Part shown: piece by piece, positions 54,851 to 64,000 of the stretch
Position numbering within the stretch: the first letter of the stretch is position 1
Layout of the letters: every line of letters starts with the position of its first letter
Assembly (NCBI GenBank): GCA_963708075.1
Contig: OY970194.1
Span: forward strand, 576,001 to 640,000
Direction: 5' to 3'
DNA length: 64,000 nt
DNA from: Sedimentisphaerales bacterium
GTDB lineage: Bacteria; Planctomycetota; Phycisphaerae; Sedimentisphaerales; Anaerobacaceae
The notes under the pieces: model-generated
Database searches by the model: none
The model's input: the letters and a program-made list of their open reading frames with translations, nothing else
Told to the model about the DNA's origin: nothing
Made by a program: the position numbers and the translations under genes

Positions 54851-56134
54851 ATGGCGCCGGCAATGAATTCATCACGACCGCGAAGCACGCTCGTCGTCCG
54901 TTGGTCTCGCCACCTTGCCCTTGCACCGATCGTCGCGGGCCTTCTCGTTTCCGTTGCCGCGGGCAAGTACGGCGGGGGCACCGGCTCCGTGGACAACCCG
55001 TACGTGATTCTCACTGCAGAGGATTTGGACCTCCTGGGCAGCAGCCAGGGCGACTGGAACAAGAGCTTCCGATTGGGCGCGGACATCGATCTGAAGGACT
55101 GCAACGAGACGAACTTCCACCTGATCGGCTCCTGGGGGTCATGGGGCGATCCCACCAATAAGCCATTCAGCGGCAAGTTCGACGGGAATGGGCGGACTAT
55201 CTCGAATCTCCGCTACCGGGATATGAAGGGAAGCGGGATCGGCTTATTTCGGTACGTCGACATGGGTGATATCAGGAACCTGCGGCTCAAGAATGTGAAG
55301 ATTGTCACTGAGGGCACTTATATCGGCTCACTCGTGGGATACTTCGAAGATGGCGGCATCATTGACTGTCATGTGACAGGAGTAGATGTCACCGGAAAGA
55401 GCCACGTGGGTGGTATGGTCGGAAGCGCGGATGGGTTTATCTCACAGTGTTCCTCGCGGGGACGCGTCGCCGGGATCCTGTATGTTGGCGGGTTGGCCGG
55501 TCAGGTGGGCCAAGGGACCATCAAGCAATCCTACTCAAAAGCGTCGGTTTCGGGAAATGACAGCGTCGGTGGGCTCGTCGGAGTCGTTCTCCAGGAGACG
55601 AGCGCCGTCGATAGCTGTTACGCGAACGGCGCCGTCGACGGGGTCATGTATGTCGGCGGACTCGTCGGGCAGATTGGTTCCGGCAGAGTGTACAAATCCT
55701 ATTCGACCGGGGCGGTGAGCGGAAGCCAGGCCACGGGAGGGCTCGTCGGGAACATGAGAGTGCTTGGAGACGTGATCCTGTCATTCTGGGATGCCCAGAC
55801 GAGCGGTCAGACAGCTGGCGCCGGCGGGACGCCGAAGAACACCCCCGAGATGTGGTCCGCCAATACCTTCGCCGGCTGGGATTTCAATTTCACGTGGTCT
55901 ATTTGCGAGGGCCGGAACTACCCGGTTTTCTGGTGGCAGGTGCCCACTGCCGATTTGCGTTGCCCGGATGGAGTGCATTGGATTGATTTCGCGTTGTTTG
56001 CCATGCAGTGGGAGCGCCACGATTGCACCGCCGTGAATGACAATTGCGATTGGGCGGATTTCGACGGGTCTGGCGATGTGGGATTTCCGGATCTGGCCAT
56101 TCTGGCCGAGGAGTGGCTGACAGGGATGTATTGA
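54851..56134 (+). CDS. Secreted GLUG-repeat protein with C-terminal dockerin/EF-hand-like motifs
   Basis: GGGTGSVDNPY, FSGKFDGNG, six (V/I/T)GGL(V/A)G-type repeats; DFDGSGDVGFPDLAILAEEWL. Confidence 0.8.
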   Translation: MAPAMNSSRPRSTLVVRWSRHLALAPIVAGLLVSVAAGKYGGGTGSVDNPYVILTAEDLDLLGSSQGDWNKSFRLGADIDLKDCNETNFHLIGSWGSWGDPTNKPFSGKFDGNGRTISNLRYRDMKGSGIGLFRYVDMGDIRNLRLKNVKIVTEGTYIGSLVGYFEDGGIIDCHVTGVDVTGKSHVGGMVGSADGFISQCSSRGRVAGILYVGGLAGQVGQGTIKQSYSKASVSGNDSVGGLVGVVLQETSAVDSCYANGAVDGVMYVGGLVGQIGSGRVYKSYSTGAVSGSQATGGLVGNMRVLGDVILSFWDAQTSGQTAGAGGTPKNTPEMWSANTFAGWDFNFTWSICEGRNYPVFWWQVPTADLRCPDGVHWIDFALFAMQWERHDCTAVNDNCDWADFDGSGDVGFPDLAILAEEWLTGMY

Positions 56135-56165
56135 GATGGGTAAAGCGGGAAGGGGGGCCGGATCT

Positions 56166-56918
56166 ATGGACGACTCGGGCGTCTCTTTATCGGGGAAAAC
56201 GGCGTTGGTCACCGGGGCCGCCAAGCGTATTGGCAGAGCTATAGCTCTGGCCTTGGCGCAGAACGGCGCCCGTGTCGTGGTGCACCACAATCGTTCCGAG
56301 CAGGACGCGGCGGCTCTGTGCGAGGAGATCGAGGGGATCGGCGTTTCAGCGTGGATGGTCAAGGGGGACTTGGTGGACCCGAGCCGGACGGAGGCGGTTT
56401 TCAAGGAGGCAGTGGACCAGGCCGGGCCCATCGACATCCTGGTCAACAACGCGTCCATCTTCGAGGTGGAGACCATCTGGGAGACGACCGATGAGTCCCT
56501 GTGCAGGAACATGCGTATTCACACCACGGCCGCACTGATCCTGTCCAGGAATCTGGCGAAACAGCAAAGGCCCGGCCATATCATCAACCTGCTGGATACG
56601 CGTGTCGTTACCTATGACAAGGAACATGTCTCCTATCACATCAGCAAGCGAGCATTGTTGACGTTGACTCGCATCCTGGCGCTGGAGCTGGCTCCGGAGA
56701 TCGCCGTCAACGCGGTGGCTCCGGGGCTGATCCTGCCGTCCGCCTGGCAGGATGAGAGCTACCTGGAGAAGCTGGCCCCGACGACGCCGTTGCGGCGTCA
56801 CGGCAGCCCGGCCGATGTCGTCGAAGCGGTGTTGTTTCTGCTGCGCAGCCGCTTCATCACGGGACAGATCATCTACGTGGACGGCGGATACCACATGAGG
56901 GGACACCTCTATGACTGA
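56166..56918 (+). CDS. SDR oxidoreductase, pteridine reductase/FolM-like
   Basis: TGAAKRIG, NNASIF, YHISK, VNAVAPG; adjacent to folB; start 56136 or 56166. Confidence 0.82.
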   Translation: MDDSGVSLSGKTALVTGAAKRIGRAIALALAQNGARVVVHHNRSEQDAAALCEEIEGIGVSAWMVKGDLVDPSRTEAVFKEAVDQAGPIDILVNNASIFEVETIWETTDESLCRNMRIHTTAALILSRNLAKQQRPGHIINLLDTRVVTYDKEHVSYHISKRALLTLTRILALELAPEIAVNAVAPGLILPSAWQDESYLEKLAPTTPLRRHGSPADVVEAVLFLLRSRFITGQIIYVDGGYHMRGHLYD

Positions 56919-57303
56919 CGCTCCCAGGGAGCCGCCGCTCGACCAGATCCTCATTCGCGATTTGCAGTTTCGCTGCATCGTAGGCATCGACCCGGAGGAA
57001 CGCCGCGACAAACAGGATATTACGGCACAAATCACGCTGGATGTGGATTTGCGCAAGGCGTGCAGGACGGATGCCATCGAGGACACTGTTGACTACAGAG
57101 CCTTGAAGAAGGACATCTTGCACATGGCCGAGAATTCCCAGTTCAACCTCATCGAGGCCCTGGCCGAGAGTATCGCGGATATCTGTCTGGCACGCGATCG
57201 AGTCGAACGGGTGGAGGTCGTCATTGAGAAACCCGGGGCACTGCGGTTTGCGAGAACGGTCGCCGTGCGGGTTGTTCGTACGCCCGCCGACCGCGCCCCG
57301 TGA
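56911..57303 (+). CDS. folB: Dihydroneopterin aldolase
   Basis: IVGIDPEER..KQ, DTVDY, LIEALAE, IEKPGAL. Confidence 0.93.
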   Translation: MTDAPREPPLDQILIRDLQFRCIVGIDPEERRDKQDITAQITLDVDLRKACRTDAIEDTVDYRALKKDILHMAENSQFNLIEALAESIADICLARDRVERVEVVIEKPGALRFARTVAVRVVRTPADRAP

Positions 57304-57356
57304 GGAACGGGAGAACGCCATCACGATTGTTACCACAGGAAAACCTGCGTGCGCAT

Positions 57357-57388
57357 GAAAAGGGGCCCCGGCCGAGCGCCGGGACCCC
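57357..57388 (-). terminator. Rho-independent terminator of the BON gene
   Basis: Minus strand GGGGTCCCGGC-GCTCG-GCCGGGGCCCC followed by TTTT. Confidence 0.7.
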
Positions 57389-57414
57389 GTGGTGACTGAT
57401 GCTGGTTAGTACGT

Positions 57415-60412
57415 TCAGGACTGATCGGGATCATCCATTTCACTACTCGATCCCGTGTCCTGTTGCGACGTGTCGTCCTCTCCCGAGGTGTATCCGAAAG
57501 GAGGAAACGCGCCCCGAGCAGTGCTGACGGTGAGGTCATTCTGTACCGACTGCACGCCGCTGATGGACTTGGCAACCTGCTCAGCCTGTTCCTTTTGGTT
57601 TTGGTTCTGCACGGTTCCATGCAGCATGGCTTTGCGCTGGCTGATCGTCACATGGATGTTCGAGCCGGGGAACTGCCGCTGAAGCTGCTGCTGGACCCGC
57701 TGAGCGAGCCTTCGTTCCGTGGAGGTCGTGGACATCTGCTGTTGCTGCCCCATGTCCATGGTGGTCTGCCGCTGCTGTGGCTGGCCCAGAATCATCAGGT
57801 CATTACGGATGTTCCTTGACCCACTGACAGACCGGGCGATCTGTTCTACCTGCTGCTTCGTGTTCTGATCCTGGGCAGTCCCATGCAGCATGACCGTGCC
57901 CTCGCTGACCATCACGTTGATGGCCTGCGGATCCAATACGTAGACGATCTCGCTGCTGGGCAGTTGCTGCTGCAATTCGAGTGCGACTTGATAAGCCAGT
58001 ACTTTGTCAGACGTACTGGTTTGTTGGAAGCCGGCCTGCGACTGTCCCAGTTGTCCCGTCGTGGACTGCTGCCCATAGGTGGACTGCTGTCCGGTCGTCG
58101 ACTGCTGGCCTCTGACGGTGACGTTGTTCTGCACGTTCTCAATGCCGCTGATGGATTGAGCAATCTGCTCGGCCTGTTGCTTCTGGTTCTGGTCGCGGAC
58201 AGATCCCTGGAGGGTGGCTGTCCCCTGGCTGACCGTCACGGTGATATTGGCCCCGGACAACTGCTGGCGGATCTGCTGATCGATCTGCTGAGCCATGTTC
58301 CTGTCCGAGGTGGTCATCTGCTGCCCGGTCCCCATGGCAGACCTGCCTGTCGTCGTGCTTGGTTGCTCGGGGGTATACCCGAGAGGCGGGAAGGCGCCGG
58401 CCTCTCCGGCGACGATGAGCTGGTTCTGCACGTTCTGCACGCCGCTGATGGAACGAGCGATCTGCTCGGCCTGCTGCTTCAGGTTTCTGTCCTGGACATG
58501 CCCGTGCAGTGTGACCGTGTTCTGATTGACGACCACATAGATGGCATGCGGATCAAGGACGTGGATGTTCTGAACGTTCGGAAGCTGCCGCTGCAGTTCC
58601 AGCGCGATCCTCTGGGCCAGAACCATGTCAGAGGTGCTCGTCCGTGACCGTCCCATCTGTCGTCCTTGAGCGGTGTCACCGGTGTCCTGCCACTGGCTCT
58701 CATCGGATTCACTGGGGGTATAGCCATAGGAGGGGTAGGAGCCTTCATCTTCCTGATTGCCGGATCGCCCGCTCATCGAGCGGTTGGATGAACCTCCGCG
58801 GGTCTGGTACACCACGTTTTGCGTAGTGTATCCGTCGCTCGTAGACTGATCCGATGTACTACCCTGAGTGCCGACTCTACCACTTGTGGACTGGTCGGTG
58901 CCGTAGCCGTAAGACGGATAGGAGCCTTCGCCCTCGCGTCCCGGAGTCGTCTGGCCGCTGATTGTAATCCGGTTCCGGACAGACGTGGCCCCGGCTTCAT
59001 AGACGCTGTTGATTGCGGCAACAAGTTCTCCGAAACTATCGACTTGCCCGCTCAGCGTGGCTGTACCATTGCGAACGCTGACGCGAACCCTGTCCGCATT
59101 CTCCAGGAACGGGCTCGACTGCAGCTCCTCTGTGATGTTGGTTCTGACGGTGGAATCGTCCTGCCTCTGCATTCCTCTGGTCGACACAATCAGGTTGTTC
59201 TGGACTCGCTGGATGCCGGATATTTCCTTGGCCAGCGAGGTGGCCTGATCCTTGTCGTTCTGATTCTGCGCCCTGCCAAAGAGGAATACCTTGTTGCCCG
59301 CCACGAGCACGGTGACATCCTCAAGACCCTGGATATCGCTCTTCAGTCCGGAGGTCAACTCCTGCTCCTGGCGATGATCTTCACTGGTTTGCCGCCAACG
59401 ATCGCGGCCGGTCATGCGACCGTATTGACCGGTCCTGCCACGATCCATGTCGCTCTGGTAGCGGGACCTGTCATCAGCGATCGTACTGCTGGTCCTGGTC
59501 GTACGTGCTCGGGGCCTGGTATCCGTACTGCCCGTACTGATCCTGTTGACTCTGCCGGCTCGTGCTGGAACGGCTCTGATCTTGCCAATCGGCTACGTAC
59601 CGAGACCGATCCTGCTGACCGGCTGCATAACCACCCTGGCTCTGCTGACCGGCGCCGTAGCGGCCTTGGCCCGTCTGGCCGCGACCTTGATCCGTGCCCA
59701 TGCGTCCATAGCCGCGGTCCATCTGGCCCGTCGTGATCTGGCTCACGATGTAGGAGGCGCCGGCATTGAATGCGGCGTGAATCGCATCGGCCATGGCGAT
59801 CCAGTCGTTTACCTGTCCACGAAGAATGATGCGTCCATTGCGGGCCTGGACCTGGATATTCCGGCCCATGCCGTTAGGAAGGCGGCTCAACTGCTGCCGA
59901 ATGTCCTGCTGGAGCTGGGTGTCGCTCTTGCGCCTTGCCTGGCTGAGCACGACAATGCGGTTATCCACCTGTCCCACGCCGGACACCTGCAGGCTGATCT
60001 GCTCCGCCTGCTGCTTTTCATTCTGATCGGGTGTTGCTCCGAGCAGAATGACGCGGTTGCCCACCGCCAGGACGAGGAGCTGGCCCTGCTGACCGAGTCC
60101 CTGATCGCGAAGCCGGCTGGCCACCTGTTTTTCCAGTTGCTGATTTCTGTTGGCCTGCATACCCTGCCGGCCTTGTGTGCCCATCTGCCCGCCGCGCTGA
60201 TAGCCCGGCTGTTGTGGCACCTGGGTGCCGGACTGCTGGTCCTGTGATCCCATCTGGTTGTCGGATTGGAATCCCGGCTGTTCTGATGTCTGATCATTGA
60301 ACTGTTGCTGGTTCTGTCCGGCATTGCCTGCCATTCCAGCCGCGACAACGAGGAAACCTGTTGCCAGGGCCGTGCATACCGGCATGAAACTCCGATTTCC
60401 AAGCGTTGCCAT
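57415..60412 (-). CDS. Secreted Gln-rich protein with eight BON domains; apparent +1 frameshift near 59479 splits it into ORFs 59474..60412 and 57415..59448
   Basis: Signal peptide; repeated 'SD..L...I...L...V.V.QG.VTL.G.V...KQQAEQIA.SISGV.NVQN.L.V' units; bridging frame ADDRSRYQSD joins both ORFs. Confidence 0.8.
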
Positions 60413-60830
60413 CGTTTACTCCTTCATTACTCATGGATTCTCAACGTTATCATTCAAGTCCGCCAAATATCTGCGCGAACCTTCTCGTAGAGTCTTCTCT
60501 GTGCGTTTCACCTCCCAGTCTCACCTCCTTTCCCCGTGATTGATGCGATCCTGATGAGGTTATCGCGTCGCATTCTCCATCCTTCATTCCATGCCTTCCT
60601 CATTCGTCGATTGGAATCCAAGTGAGAAGCGGCGACAATCAGTGTTCTCCTGATTCACAGGGTGGCGTATCCCCACAGGGTAGATAAGGTCACAACTGAT
60701 GATGCGCGGCGCATCGCGCAGCGATTGCCAGAGGCGGTGTTATGGCCGACTGAAAGTGTTCAGGTTGGGCGCACCATGCCTGCGGGCAGATCCTGTCGGA
60801 TTGCTTTGGTGGTGTGCCGAGCGCTGTGCT

Positions 60831-61631
60831 CTATGCGGTGCACGGCTGAAGCAGATTGCTCGTGATGTACCGGACGGCGTTGCGGAAGATCTTGATGCCG
60901 TCCGGGTCGAGGTCTTCTCCGCGGCGCGTCCAGTGTGGGTGCTGGGTCCGTCGGACGAACCGCTCGGGATGCGGCATGAGGCCGAGAATCCGGCCGGTGC
61001 TGTCCGTCAGGCCTGCGATGGACGCCATTGAGCCGTTGGGATTGATGGGGTAGGGGCCTTCCTCTCCATTTTCGTTCACGTATTTGAACGCGACGTAGCC
61101 CTCCGAAACAAGCTTCTGCAGGGTGTCATAGTCTTTCGCGATGATCTTGCCTTCTCCATGAGCCACAGGCACATAGATCAGACGCTCGGGTTCGAGGAAC
61201 ACGCAGCGGCTGGTCTGCGGCGACAGATACACCCAGCGGTCCTCGTACTTGCCGCTGTCGTTACAGGTGATGGTGACATCCTCCTGTCGAAAGCCGCCGT
61301 TGCCGGGAAGGATGCCCGTCTTGACCAGCACTTGGAAGCCGTTGCAGATCCCGAGCACGAGCTTGCCGTCGTCGATGAACTTACGGATTCGCTCCGGCAG
61401 GTGGTGCGCGACCTGGTTGGCGAGAATTCGGCCGGCCGCCACGTCGTCGCCATAGCTGAATCCCCCCGGGAAGACGAGGATGTGATACTGATCGAGCACC
61501 GCCGGCTCCTCAATCATCCGGTTGACATGGACCCGGTCCGCCTTGGCGCCCGCCAGCTCCAGTGCATACTGGGTCTCCGCGTCGCAATTCGTCCCTGCCG
61601 CTCGCACTACTATGGCTCGAACCTGTGTCAT
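60831..61631 (-). CDS. purQ: Phosphoribosylformylglycinamidine synthase subunit PurQ
   Basis: GTNCD, PGGFSYGD, GICNGFQ, AHGEG, GLMPHPER. Confidence 0.95.
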   Translation of the reverse strand: MTQVRAIVVRAAGTNCDAETQYALELAGAKADRVHVNRMIEEPAVLDQYHILVFPGGFSYGDDVAAGRILANQVAHHLPERIRKFIDDGKLVLGICNGFQVLVKTGILPGNGGFRQEDVTITCNDSGKYEDRWVYLSPQTSRCVFLEPERLIYVPVAHGEGKIIAKDYDTLQKLVSEGYVAFKYVNENGEEGPYPINPNGSMASIAGLTDSTGRILGLMPHPERFVRRTQHPHWTRRGEDLDPDGIKIFRNAVRYITSNLLQPCTA

Positions 61632-61646
61632 CGCAGATCCTCTTGT

Positions 61647-61681
61647 GATTTACAATTTACAATTTACGATTTTCGATTTGC
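61647..61681. repeat. Heptamer tandem repeat (single arm) between purL and purQ
   Basis: GATTTAC AATTTAC AATTTAC GATTTTC GATTTGC. Confidence 0.65.
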
Positions 61682-61743
61682 TCACGCATGCCCAGGCGTG
61701 GCCGGGATACACCCAGCAAGTCATAACTCGTGGATTTAGTCTG

Positions 61744-63999
61744 CTATCGCCAATCAAACGTTCTCTGCCAAGCTTCCTTCAGAATCTCGATATTCGCGTC
61801 CACGATGTTCCTGCCCTGTCCGGACCGGATGACCAGTTTGGATTCAGTGGTCACTTCGCCGAGCTGTCCAAAGGGCAGGTTCAGCATCCGTTTGGCGAAC
61901 GTGTCGTAGTTCTCGGGAGTGACCTCCACGATGTACCGGCAGTTCGATTCACTGAACAACTGGGCGTCGGTACGAGAGCAGTCGCTGCTCATGGGAAGGC
62001 CTCGCAGGTCCGCCTCAATGCCCAGTCCGCCCGCAAACGCCATCTCGGCCAAGGCCACGGCGAGGCCGCCCTCGGAACAATCGTGGCAACTCGCGACAAG
62101 TCCCTCGGCGATAGCGGCCGCGAGCCGCTGGGCGATCCGGGGCGCCAGACTCAGGTCGAGCCTCGGCACATTGGCGCCGAGCTGGCCGTGGACCTTGTAG
62201 TAGTGCGAGCCGCCAAGCTCATTGTGCGTCCGGCCCACGACGAAGAGAAGGTTGCCGGGTCTCTTAGCATCCATCGTCACGCACTTTTCAACGTCATCCA
62301 CGAGCGACATGGCGCTGATCAGCAGGGTGGGAGGGATGCGGATCACCGTGCCGTCCTCGCAGACGAACTCATTATTCAGGGAGTCCTTGCCTGAGATGAA
62401 GGGGGCCTGAAAGGCCATGGCGCCGTCGTAGCAGGCCTGGGCCGCCCGCACGAGGGTGCCTAAGACCTCGGGGTCGGTGCACTTGGCCCAACAGAAGTTG
62501 TCGAGCAATGCGATGCGATCCATCCGGCCGCCGACGCAGATCAGGTTGCGGATGGCTTCATCGATTCCCGCGAGAGCCATCCAATACGGATCGATGTCGC
62601 CGTACAGCGGGTTCATGCCGCAACTGATGGCCAGCCCGCGCCGCGAATCGATTTTCGGCAGGATCACGGCGGCATCGCTCGGGCCATCGTTGGCCACACC
62701 CACCAGCGGCTTGATGACCGAGCCGCCCTGGACCTCATGGTCGTACTGGCGGATCACCCACTCTTTGCTGGCGACGTTGTAAGAGGACAGGATCTTCAAC
62801 AGATCATCGTTGTAGTTGTCCTTCTCCGGCAGACTCGGCTCGCCGAGCACTTGCCGCTGCCATACGGCCTGCCGGCTGTACTTGGGGACTCCCTCGTGGA
62901 GGAATTCCATGTCCATCTCGCCCACCTGTTGCCCGTTGTACCGCAGGCGAAGCTGCTTGTCGTTCGTGAACCGGCCGATGACGGTGGACTCGACGTTCTC
63001 GCTGGCAAAAATCTCCTGGATCGCTTCGAGATTCTCGGGTTTGACGGCGATCACCATGCGTTCCTGGGCCTCGCTGATCCAGATTTCCGTGTAGTTGAGT
63101 CCGGTGTACTTGAGCGGGACTTTCTCCAGGTCCACCTCGGCGCCGAGGTCCTGGCCCATCTCTCCGACGGCGCTGCTGAGCCCGCCTGCGCCGCAGTCCG
63201 TGATCGCCTCGTACAGGCCGGTCTGATTCGCCTGGACGAGCACGTCCAGCATTTTCTTTTCGGTGATTGCGTTGCCGATCTGGACGGCGTGCGAGAAGAT
63301 CGTCTCGTACTCGTGGGTCATCTGGCCGCTGGAGAAGGTCGCGCCGTGGATTCCATCACGGCCGGTCCGTCCGCCGACCACCACGATCAGGTTGCCGCTC
63401 TGCGGGTGCTTGAAGGCCTTGGTTTTGTCCATGATGCCGATGTTGCCGCAGTACACCAGCGGATTGGCCATGTACCGGTCGTCGAAGTAGATCGCCCCGT
63501 TGACCGTCGGGATGCCCATGCGGTTGCCGTAGTCACGCACGCCGGAGACCACACCCTTCATGATTCGCCGCGGGTGCAGCACACCCTTGGGAATCTCGTC
63601 GAGGCTCTTGTCGGGCTCGCCGAAGCAGAAGATATCGGTGTTGGCGATTGGCCGGGCGCCCATGCCTGTCCCCATCGGGTCGCGAATGACGCCGCCGATG
63701 CCCGTCGCAGAGCCGCCATACGGATCGAGCGCCGAGGGGTGATTGTGGGTCTCCACCTTGAAGCACACGGCGGAATCGTCGTCGAACTCCACGACGCCGG
63801 CGTTATCGGCAAAGACCGAGATGCACCACGGCTTATTGAGCTCCTGCGTGGCCTTGAACACCGTCTCCTTGAGCAGATTGTTGAAGTGGATCTGCTCGCC
63901 ATTGGTCGTCATGTCCACCGCGCTCTTGAGCGTCTTGTGGACACAGTGCTCGCTCCAGGTCTGTGCCAGTGACTCCAGCTCGATATCGGTCGGCTCCCT
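61744..63999 (-). CDS. purL: Phosphoribosylformylglycinamidine synthase subunit PurL (5' end outside window)
   Basis: Frame open to the window edge (TWSEHCVHK); KVETHNHPS, DCGAGG, ISEAQERM, SGKDS, HDCSEGG, FSES. Confidence 0.95.
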   Translation of the reverse strand, partial: REPTDIELESLAQTWSEHCVHKTLKSAVDMTTNGEQIHFNNLLKETVFKATQELNKPWCISVFADNAGVVEFDDDSAVCFKVETHNHPSALDPYGGSATGIGGVIRDPMGTGMGARPIANTDIFCFGEPDKSLDEIPKGVLHPRRIMKGVVSGVRDYGNRMGIPTVNGAIYFDDRYMANPLVYCGNIGIMDKTKAFKHPQSGNLIVVVGGRTGRDGIHGATFSSGQMTHEYETIFSHAVQIGNAITEKKMLDVLVQANQTGLYEAITDCGAGGLSSAVGEMGQDLGAEVDLEKVPLKYTGLNYTEIWISEAQERMVIAVKPENLEAIQEIFASENVESTVIGRFTNDKQLRLRYNGQQVGEMDMEFLHEGVPKYSRQAVWQRQVLGEPSLPEKDNYNDDLLKILSSYNVASKEWVIRQYDHEVQGGSVIKPLVGVANDGPSDAAVILPKIDSRRGLAISCGMNPLYGDIDPYWMALAGIDEAIRNLICVGGRMDRIALLDNFCWAKCTDPEVLGTLVRAAQACYDGAMAFQAPFISGKDSLNNEFVCEDGTVIRIPPTLLISAMSLVDDVEKCVTMDAKRPGNLLFVVGRTHNELGGSHYYKVHGQLGANVPRLDLSLAPRIAQRLAAAIAEGLVASCHDCSEGGLAVALAEMAFAGGLGIEADLRGLPMSSDCSRTDAQLFSESNCRYIVEVTPENYDTFAKRMLNLPFGQLGEVTTESKLVIRSGQGRNIVDANIEILKEAWQRTFDWR

Positions 64000-64000
64000 G

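Noticed and set aside
60656..60682. Direct repeat CACAGGGT x2 upstream of the BON gene
   Set aside because: Two 8-mers only; too weak to call a regulator site without comparative data

Overview
GC-rich bacterial chromosomal window. Gene content (many Tat/Sec-exported glycan enzymes, Gfo/Idh/MocA oxidoreductases, GLUG and 'VEDFESY'-type secreted proteins) suggests a Planctomycetota (Phycisphaerae/Sedimentisphaerales-like) genome; this taxonomy is inference only. Left to right: DAHP synthase/chorismate mutase; a compact type IV filament (T4P/T2SS-like) operon with ATPase, platform, five pilin-like genes, a PilM-PilN fusion, PilO and a short secretin, followed by a cytoplasmic multi-PAS two-component set; a sulfatase; an ECF sigma/anti-sigma/Spy-CpxP module; a carbohydrate-utilisation stretch (GH129-like, GH51, BNR sialidase-like, three Gfo/Idh/MocA, beta-helix, epimerase + DHDPS-like); mutY; an aryl-acid cluster (PaaI thioesterase, amidohydrolase, outer-membrane barrel, iorAB, 2x paaK + ACT); CE4/GH3/MFS/putative (alpha/alpha)6 hydrolase; truB; GLUG protein; folM-like/folB; a ~1000-aa eight-BON-domain protein; purQ and partial purL. 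The most notable signals are three sigma28-like promoter motifs with identical spacing in the filament operon, two in-frame stops in the 5' part of its ATPase, a shared ECF-like motif, the eight-BON protein, a GH3 with Glu in place of the canonical Asp nucleophile, two families of REP-like palindromes and heptamer-repeat hairpins. Four single-base frameshifts may be assembly errors. No rRNA, tRNA, CRISPR array or transposase was recognised.
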